Shown piece by piece: positions 54,580-64,000 of a stretch of 64,000 bases of DNA. The number at the start of each line of letters is the position of its first letter. The stretch's first letter is position 1. Position numbers and translations under genes: made by a program. The stretch lies in assembly GCF_964204645.1 (NCBI RefSeq), contig NC_134028.1:7130001-7194000 (forward strand). The letters run 5' to 3'. The DNA is from Tubulanus polymorphus (taxonomy: Eukaryota; Animalia; Nemertea). The notes below the pieces were generated by a model. It saw only the letters and a list, made by a program, of their open reading frames with translations, searched no databases and had not been told where the DNA came from.

Positions 54580-57500
54580 TCATTCTTTCACACTGTGAAG
54601 ATCCAATCCCATTTCTTTCTGAAGAAATTCGATAGCTTTTTCTTTTTCAGCCTGAAAAAATAATGTCGACGTGGATTAATACATGCATGTAGATTTACAT
54701 ATCCATATATACAAACGAATTTTCGGTTTAGAAGTATGTTTCTTGAAACTCCCTAGATGAGTCGACTCGGCATTCAATTCTTACAAAAGTGACGGATTTT
54801 TCCGTTCAAAAACACGTTGTTCTTTGAAAATTTACGTACCTCGATTCGTTCGGAATTCCAGTTTAATTGTTCCGACATGATTTCTATAACGGTCGGCAGA
54901 CATTCGTACGCTGCACGGGCGTTGATAAACGAAAGTCTAGTTCTACGGGCCAGTACATCTACCGCCGTACATCCATACTCTACAACTGCATATTTCACCT
55001 AAACATTTAAAAAATGGCACATATATATATATATTCATATTTGAATATTATTTTTCATTTGAAAGTAAAAGTATTTCGATCGCCTTCTTTCTTGTATTCA
55101 GCGGTTTGTGTTTCTTGAATCATCGACAGATTTTTAGATCTCATCATTTGTAAAATCCACCCAAATTACGACGAGACATTTGAATTTTATATATTGCAAG
55201 AGTAGCTCATTACGCATTTACGATCCATGTTATGAAAATGAAGATGCTGAAATTTCGAAATATTTGACTTAAGCGCCCCTGTAGGCAAAAAAGAAAAAAG
55301 GTAAAAAAAGGCGAATTCATAACATATAATAGCCCACAACATACCCCGGCTGTCAATTGAGCCAGGATACCAGTTGTTGTAAGCTGTAACAAAGAATGCC
55401 ACGATCGTCGAATTTTTCAGGCTGACCAATAATCCTCCAGTGGAGGTCACTTTTTGAAAGACTTTATGATGACGAATAACTTACTTCAGCTTGTATGTAC
55501 GGATAGTCGGGATGTAAACGTTTTCCGGTCATCGGCCATCGTTTTGTCGTATCACATAGCTTAACCACGTCTTCAGCTCTATCACCGTACGTTTCTACTA
55601 AATGTTCAGCAATCTAGAAATCAATAGTATAAATTAAAACAGGTTACGTTACCATTGTAAAAAACATCGAATGTAGGAAGTAAACGTTAGAGACCTGTTA
55701 ACGATTGATATTGGAAAGATTTCCATAGATTTGTTCCCAGGACACCACGGGGAGTTGCGTGATGAAATGAGGATTTCAAGATTATTTTAGATTTCATCCG
55801 TTTCATTAGTAAGGACATGAGCTTCATATTCATTATTTTGAAATCTTTATTCGTAAAACGAATGACAGAGATTTTTTTCACACGCTGTGCTTTATGTAAT
55901 GTATTTTGACATACTTCGCGAGCTACTCCGTAGTCTTGTACTAATTTCAAAAATAACGTCGGTGACCATCCGTGAGCGCCCTCTATCAGCAGACCATGCG
56001 TACAACATTTTGAAGCTTTGAGATTACACAACTCGACGGCTTTATCTATGGTTTCCTCTGCCATTAGTCGATAAGTTGTCCATTTGCCTCCTGTTTCAGA
56101 ATAGCCACGAAATTCCATTAACCACGATACCCATTATAACAACTACCAGATTCGTCCGGATTTACATACTCAATCATACCCATCAGATCGAACGAAATCT
56201 GAGGATTTTCAATTATTAGCGTTCAAATACATATAAACTTTTGAAAATTTGAAATTGTCACGCGAGTACATACCGGCTATAGTGATGAGATTTGATTTGC
56301 TGACTTCGATCACGTGGTTTCGAGCTATGGATTGAGTATCCTGTTTATTCGGATTTCTGACTAGTGGCCTAATTCCGCTCCAAACTGATAATACGTCCTC
56401 CCTGCGCACTATGGGTGTAATCAAAGAGAAGGATATTCAGGTGAATAAAATTTCATCTCCTTATACATCTTGAAATTATTTCTAGGAATTATTCTCTTTT
56501 TGAGTTATTCTTTATTAGTCAATTTTTTGTCGCAAATAATTTTCTTGAAAAGTATGTCCCATCATCTAGGCTCTCGAGTCTGTTCTGGCTCGAGAGATTC
56601 TATCATAAGTTGGCCCGGGATTTCCTCACAGACAAAACTTACCGCTAATATCTTTTGATAGGTAACGTTTCAATTCGCTGAGAACGAACTTGATTTCAGC
56701 TTCTTGCGGTTCCGGACTTTCTGATATATCACAAGGCGTATCCGTCGTGCCTAAAAACAGATAACATTGGTGTGGAAATCTCTAGCTATAAGAATAAATA
56801 ACTATGGGAAAATAATTCCTAATTTCGAAAAATTCTTTTGGTAGAGCGCTTCTTGGGCGACATTTTGTCCGGTTATCTACAGGGCCGTATTTAACAGGGG
56901 CTGCCTCCAGAAATTTTGGGATTGTGCCCTTTCTGTAAATATTATTGTTATTCCCTATAGAACTGCCCTTTTTCGGGTTTCTCTGCCCCTACCCCTGCCC
57001 CAATTCAAATGCTAGGTACGGCCCTGACTTGCCAGATTTTACTAAAAAAGCGCTTTGGATTTGCACCATAATTTACCGACAACTGTTGAATCGAGCCAGG
57101 GAAGTATGAATAAGATTCGTCCGTCGCTCGTCGAAGGATCCAGTAAACCCAGTGTTGATTCACTGTAAAAGGAGTGAAGTATTTATATTTGGCCACATTC
57201 ACCAAGATCGTCTAAAATATTCAACATTCAACTTTTTCGCAGGAGAGAAATTGATAAAATTGATGTTTGTGAAATTGAATTCATGATAGTTAGCAGTGAA
57301 GTTATTGGTGAGTACGATAGACTTGCGATCGCGTTTTGAATGAATGAAAAAATGCTGGGAATCTATATTTTACCAGTAATATTTAGGTAGGACTAGATGA
57401 ATTCCGGCACTGGGAGCGCAGATCTTTTTAATGCTTGAATCGTCCATCTGTCTGACGCCATCGGTAAATGGCCCGGTCGCGTTGATGACACATTTGGCGC

Positions 57501-60500
57501 GAACGTTATAAGTTTTGTCTGTAAATTGTAATTGTAATTAGGAAAAAAGCTAAACGAAAACTTATCAGAAGATGGCGAAGTTTTGGTATACTTTCTATGG
57601 GAAGCGTCTTAACGATATAAAAGAAATTTCAAAACAATTTATCTGCAACTTTATTTAAAACAATTTTTTCTGTGCGTTTATTTTCTTTATAAACGATTTC
57701 CTGCATCATAATCTGCAATTAAGATTTGAATTTTCTTTGTTTTTTGTCCATTAGACGCTTCCCCGCAATTCACTTCTCTCAGATAGATAGATAATCTGAT
57801 GATTAAGAATCTGATAGATAATCTAATAACTTAAGAAATCAAAAGATTCAGCGGACCATTTTATTTCCTTACCGGTGAATCGATCGGTGACCTTGGCACC
57901 GCTGACGATTTCGGTTCCGTCGTCCTGACGTTGTTTAACGAGATCATCACAGTTTACGTAATTACATACTGTTGCCCCCATACGAGCTGCAGTGACAGCC
58001 AACGACAAACACATTCGAGCATCATTCTGTTGACCTGTATACCGTATATACAAAATATAAAATTTAATATTCTGACATATACACGTATAAAGCTCAGATA
58101 TGTGTAGATTGGAAGCCGAGAAAATTGAAATATTTGCGTTACTGGTAGACTGATATCAATCCCAGTATTCAGTTAAAAAATAAAAACCCATAGTTGACAT
58201 CAAAGCGTTTAGTGTCTGACAGTTTCGGAGTTTATCTAAACTACGTACATCATCATAGAAATGTTATCAAAATGATATCATATCATTTTGGTTTCTCTGA
58301 TGATAGAGTTTAGATAAACTCCCAATAAGGACAATAAGCGCTTTACTATCAACCGTAGGTTTTTACTTGTTAAAACATTTGCGATAGATTATGATGCAGA
58401 AGAGAATTCTCTGTAATTATGCTAACTGCTCGGAAATAATGATACTTCAAATTACCATCGTAATATACAATTCCACCGACTAGATGTTCACTTTTTAGCA
58501 TCGGAAACCTTTCTAACGCTTCGCTTTTGTTTATGTAATAGCTCGTTTTTAGGATCTCCTTGCCAGCGACGAAGTCGTACATTTTCAGACCCAACCAGAA
58601 ATACGGCACCTGCCACCACCTGGAGAAATGCGAAAAATATTCAGAACCATTATTTAATCAAACGTCATCGCATCATCGCATGATTGTGAAGCTGATTCCG
58701 GGTTAAAAAGTTTAGAAATGCACAAGTTCTTGTCAAAACGTAAAGCCTAAGATGATAAGTTTGATAGCTCCGATATCCCATTAAATCCTAACAAATGAAA
58801 TCAAATTTAAAAAAAGCAGTTCACATACGTCCCTCTAGTTTGTCTGAATTGAAATGTCTTTAGATGAGTCTTGAACTACTCCAGAGAAAATATTAACTCA
58901 AATTGGTGGGCGTAAGCTTCGTAAGCGTGGTTGGGAAATTGAACGGGGTTTTACGCAATATATGTTGATGAGCAGAACGGAGCTAAAATCAACCATTTTT
59001 AGCACATCTTTTTTTATACACTTGAAATTCAGTAAATACTTCGAACAAACCGATAACTTACTTGTAAATTGGCAGAAGTATAGGTAAAGAGTGTGAGAGA
59101 TGTGGAGCCACCTCAGTTAAATGGGCTCGTTCGGATAAAGCTTCTTTCACCATACGATACTGGAAAAACATGCTTCTGTTAATCGACATTTATTTCATGT
59201 TCTTTCTGAATGCTGAAACTTTGTATGTGTCTACTGCATGTACTAATGCTGTAAGGTGAATTTCATATTCATGGCACTGTACGGTATATATCATCAAAAA
59301 CTCATGAAGACATTTGAATCTTTGATATCGTTAAACAATATTTTTGGACGACAGGTCGGGGCGGCTACTCACGCACCTGTTCAATGTCGAGGTTAAGTAT
59401 GGCTTTCTGTAGGTATCTTACTCCTCCGTGTACGAGTTTAGTGCTACGGCTACTGGTCCCCGATGCAAAATCGTTCTTCTCAATGATGGCGGTCTTCAAT
59501 CCTGATTTTCAGAAAATAGAAATTGAAATGGGAATCACTTTTGAAATAATCAAGGGCATCGGAGCAGTTAAGCATAATCGGTCGTACCTACGAGCAATGG
59601 AACAGATAATTGCTCGTATATAGCAATGTGCAGTTTTGACTTATGTTGGTCTCATCATTGATCGCATGCTACATATTGTGTCTCATAAAAAACAATGTAT
59701 TTTACTGCAAAACATTTGTTCTTTTTGATCGTGGGTCTTTTGTTTCTACTACCAGCGTAAAACTGTCATCGATAAAATGGAATATCGTAATTTATAAAAG
59801 TGTTTGTATTTTGTATTTTATGTTACATCAACGTTTCATTTAGTGCGGTAAGTTGATCGAAGGTATGTATGTTGATACCGGACGCGAGTGTACTGAACGC
59901 GTACTGAAGTGCATATCCGTAGACAGAAGACCGAACTATTATACTTTGCAATTAACTCCATTTAGATATTTTAATAACAATCGATTGAATGGCGAAATCT
60001 AGTGATTTACCTCGACTGACCGCATCAAGGGCTACTCCCGTGCCAGTGGCCCCTCCTCCGATTACTAAAACATCGTATTGTTGATTTTCCAACTCGTTTA
60101 GATGTTGCTGACGAGTCGGCAGTGGAGAATTTCTCGTGGAATCTTGTTCAACCGAAGCCGCGTATACTTTTCTTAGCTTGTTCTATAGTGGTTCATAAAA
60201 GATTTTCTGAAAACTCATTTTGTAATGGCACGACAAAAAACTGATCAAATTGGCGTATGCTTGATTTTTGAGTTGATTTATTTGATGATTGTCAAAAATC
60301 TGCTGCTGAAAAATCGTTTCTTATATGAATCGTCGTAGTTTTCAAAACAATCCGTCCGAATAAGAACATTACAAACGACAACAACGGCACAAATCAGTGA
60401 GATAAAATTGACTGAAACGTCAGAAATAAATACCTTCATCCTGCATCTTTCCTGGTATTGTGGATATACATATAAAACGGCTGAGACTCCTCCGGTCAAA

Positions 60501-60556
60501 CCTAACCCGATTAGAGAGACCCGTCTCCATCCTAAACCAGCGCGCCAACGAGCCAT
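54580..60556 (-). CDS. GPD2: Mitochondrial FAD-dependent glycerol-3-phosphate dehydrogenase (GPD2-like), 617 aa
   Basis: Exons 60434-60556, 60011-60182 (DVLVIGGGATG), 59377-59501 (DFASGTSSRSTKLVHGGVRYL), 59062-59159, 58456-58619, 57873-58034 (DGQQNDARM), 57374-57518 (VINATGPFTD), 57077-57162 (DPSTSDGR), 56643-56750 (GTTD), 56274-56408 (WSGIRPLV), 55915-56090 (GGKWTTYR), 55485-55613, 54840-54998 (LARRTRLSF), 54580-54651 (FLQKEMGLDLHSVKE*). Confidence 0.93.
58181..58365. repeat. Foldback made of two inverted hammerhead-like motifs
   Basis: Arms pair over ~85 nt (e.g. GGAGTTTATCTAAACT / AGTTTAGATAAACTCC; CAAAATGATA / TATCATTTTG). Confidence 0.75.
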
Positions 60557-61923
60557 GCTAAAACTGTAAAATAAACACCCACTCTCTCTTACGCCCTAAA
60601 ATCTATGGCACGGAAACAACTACTTATATAATTAATTAAACAATATATAAGAGCTCATCTTCAAATCATGAATCCGATGATGCTGATTTACGCACCCTTT
60701 TTCGTTGTCGGTGACTTCTCCGAAAGTTGTACTAAATACTATACGTACACAAGTAGATATATAAATGTATACTACCGCACAGGACTAGACAAGCCGGTTA
60801 ATTGCTGCGATTTTAGGTAAATCGTAGCAACGTACGTAGCTTAACTAATTCATTCTGAATTAAGGCGATTAAATACAGAACCGTTCACACAATATAAAAC
60901 GAGTTATATATACGCATATAAACATGTTTTGTCACGGCAGACCGGCTTGTTCTATTTCTAGATCACGAGGTTACGAATGTTCAGCGCGACTTTATCAGAA
61001 CTTTCCATACCTGTCCATACATAGGTTGATAAAATTTGAACTCGTGTAGCACCTTTAAACTCAGTAAAAACTGACCTCTCCACATAATGAAATCGGATTC
61101 GAATATTGAATCAATATGACATCAACGTCTACTATATTCAATTTATTAATATGTTACTATATACGTTATCAAAAGAATATCATGAGCATACAAATTAATG
61201 TACAATTTGAATTGAAAAATATTACAAAAATCAGCAGTTTCTTTGAAGTACTAAAATGATACTAAAAGTTATCGAACAGCTTAAATTTGAAATATTTCAA
61301 AGCATCGCACAGTGAAATATAACACAAGCTTAAAAGAGTTCACAGTTCAAATATTTCAGTTTGAATTTTTGAACATAAAAAATATGTAAAACATGGTCGT
61401 ATAAACTATTATACGTCCATGATTGCACCAATGGCGGATCTAGGATTCTTTGTAAGGGGTAGCTCTGAAAGTTGGAATTGGCACTCAAAAGAGCAGATTT
61501 GGTAAAATGAGTGCTGCAAGCGAAACTTTTTATGGGTGTTCTCCCACAGAAAGTTTTGAACAAAATTGCGCTTTTTCTGAGGGCCCATTTAGATTCATTT
61601 TTGTCCTTTTTAATTTTTTTGTACATTTGAAATTTGAAGGGGGTGGACCAGTTCACCCCTCTAAATCCCTCATGGGATGATCCCTAACGCACGCGCAATT
61701 ATAAGTGCGCTAGATTAGGCTGTTGAGTGCGGATAACGTCATGAAATGTGTATTCTATTTAGCTTCAGTATCTCGATTTTGTTCGGATCCCGCGCGTATC
61801 TGCGATCCCTTTTATTTCGACCTTGACGACCCCCAGTGTCGCTGAGTTTTTTGTTTGGTTTCGGTAAAACATGTGTGAAATCCTGGTCACAAATACATCA
61901 CTCCACATGCGTTCTATGCGTGC

Positions 61924-62171
61924 CAGGGGCGGATCTAGGATTTTCCATGAGGGGTGTCCAATGAGAAAAAAGGGCACTTTTTACGAAATACCACGTACTC
62001 CGAATACTTCTGCACCATTTTAGGGGGTGCTTTCGGTCATTTCATGCGTTGAAAAAATATTATAGGTGGAAAACCTTGGTCGAAAAAATTTTGGGGTGAC
62101 ATTTTTGAGGGCACTTCAAAGTTGAGGAGGGGGGTCCGGACACCCCGACATCCCCCCTAGATCCGCCCCTG
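61924..62171. mobile_element. CAGGGGCGGATCTAG TIR element with perfect 5-bp TSD
   Basis: CGTGC|CAGGGGCGGATCTAGG...CCTAGATCCGCCCCTG|CGTGC; a relative lies at 61429-61674. Confidence 0.85.
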
Positions 62172-62714
62172 CGTGCATAGTGGATATATTTTCCATACGC
62201 TCAAAGCTTCCTGTTTCATCTCCCGTGATAGATGTCAATGGACCTTGAAAGGTTATATCTCGATCAACAATTTCATTTCACAACATAAAGTTGCTACAGC
62301 TAGTGTGCAATAACCTTTTACTTATCATCTTTTCGTCGTTTCACCTTTCCGTCATTTCATCTCTCTATTTTTTATACCAATCTTATGTCTTAATAGACAT
62401 CTGTGTTTCACTTTCTTTTTATCATCATTTCATCATCATCATTTTATCATCTTTCAAAGCGATTGGTTTCCACTCCGACAAATTCGAAATCACCGTTTTC
62501 GGTCTGAATCCGTCAATTCAAGTTAACTTGTATTGAATAGTCTCACAGTCATATCAGGTTTCATCCCGTCAATGAATAATCTTTTTATTTCTACATTTTG
62601 TATTTATAATTTCCAAATGTTTTGCATATTAATGATGCTGCTAGGCAGAAAACTCGTTATCGCTGCCTTGCATTTTTTGAAATCATGTAATAATTTTTTC
62701 TTATAATATGGAAA

Positions 62715-63792
62715 TTAGATAGTCAGGGTAATATTTCCAATCGGGATACAATAACCGCAGTGCCCGTCACATTGACCAGATGCTTTCCTGTCATCGTCTG
62801 CATTTACGCTAGCCAGACTTTTTGGATACCAACCAGCTGCCTTCCATTTCGTCTACAAGATAGAAATCATTGTTGAAATTTTACAAAACATGCATTCTTA
62901 TAAACAGATCCATACACTGTTAACTGTTATGTACATGTAATATGAAATTGCTCAGCTAAAAAAGCGAAGTGCGTTTCTACTCAATGATTTGATTTTGCAT
63001 TATTATTCAACAGGGTTTTGAACGGCGCGTTAATAGTTGTTTTTCCCACGGGGAAACACTGCGATATCAGAACATCGAAATTTGTTTCTTTCAAGAAGAC
63101 TGCACCAAGTCAACGCACGATCAAGTCAACGCACGTCAAAACTCGAGAAACAATTTACACATTTTCGAGATATTAACACGTGAAAAACAACAAACGTGTC
63201 GTTAAATTCGACCGCCGATCATCAACCGACTGTATCTGTACCGAAGTAACTTACCGCGGCTGTATCGAATACGAAACTAGTTCCGGTCAAATCTAATGCG
63301 AATCCACCAGATACTGATCCAGCTCCGGCGCAACCGCCACCCCAACCATACGGAACTTTTACTGGTCTTGTAGATGTTGAATACGTATAATCGTTCCCTA
63401 TTATTTGGAGAATCTAAAAAAAAAGTGTTTAAAAATTTGTATATTCTATAAACTATGGACTAGTCACTGTAGCTGTCGCTAGATATCGTACTCTCTTGTG
63501 CTTGGAGTCATAGAAAGTCTAAACGTGTCTCAAAAGTCAGTTAAATGCGACGTACCTGCGGGTCTATGCGGATCTTTTGCCAATTAGTTTTACCGCAATC
63601 TTTCCAGTCGTTATTGCATTTGTTTTCGCCGTAGTTACTCGCTTTCAGTGTGATATATTCTTTTCTACACTTGGTGCAGAAGATCGTAACTGGTACACGA
63701 TTCGGCCCAAGATACAGTTTGTAATCGCCCGAAGCAGTGGCACCGGCCTCTGTACAATCATGTCTTTGGACGTAGTTCATCGCAACACCATG
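62715..63792 (-). CDS. GON-domain protein (ADAMTS9/20/GON-1-type C-terminal domain), 3' exons; apparently frameshifted
   Basis: Exons 63556-63792 (GDYKL..IFC..KEYITL..NY..GKTNWQKIRIDP), 63255-63413 (DYTYS..VPYGWGGGC..GGFALDLTGT), 62715-62852 (TKW..G..GQCDGHCGYCIP..*). These match the remembered GON domain pattern. The 5' end is unresolved or outside the window. Confidence 0.75.
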
Positions 63793-64000
63793 CTTAAATA
63801 AAGATTTGATTCTTTTAAAAGGGTGATAGGTAGCTTAGATATCATTTTTTACCTAGTTTCTTTTGGTGATGTGTCAGCACCTAATTTTGATGTTTTATTC
63901 ACACATGAAAATATTCGAAGAAAAGATGCTTTATGCGTTTAGATTTTGAAAATAGATATATGTTATGCGTGTTCCCTGGAAATTAATGAAATTTTTGGCC

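Noticed and set aside
56428-56437. U12-type ATATCCTT donor in GPD2
   Set aside because: Sits in the 3' part of an ordinary GT-AG intron and the flanking exons join in frame without it.

Overview
AT-rich, intron-rich eukaryotic (invertebrate animal, probably a marine spiralian; species not identifiable from sequence alone) genomic DNA. Seven multi-exon protein-coding genes were reconstructed by hand from GT-AG splice sites and protein motifs: the 5' part of a cadherin-repeat protein (-), LIN54 (-), COPS4 (+), a CNPY3/4-type canopy gene (-), CEP131 (+), a mitochondrial glycerol-3-phosphate dehydrogenase GPD2-like gene (-) and the 3' end of a GON-domain gene (-). Introns and intergenic DNA hold several families of non-autonomous DNA transposons (piggyBac-like, PIF/Harbinger-like, pogo-like, and CAGGG-ended elements with 5-bp TSDs), minimal hammerhead-ribozyme remnants and a tRNA-like fragment. 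The strongest finding is a pair of tandem 85-nt mutually exclusive exons in the single canopy gene, one resembling vertebrate CNPY3 and the other CNPY4. Other highlights: head-to-head LIN54-COPS4 linkage as in human, a CDE/CHR element upstream of LIN54 itself, a GPD2 lacking EF-hands, and a 4-nt frameshift at the start of the GON domain. Homology calls rest on remembered family motifs, not database searches. Most ORFs in the supplied track are spurious or exon fragments.
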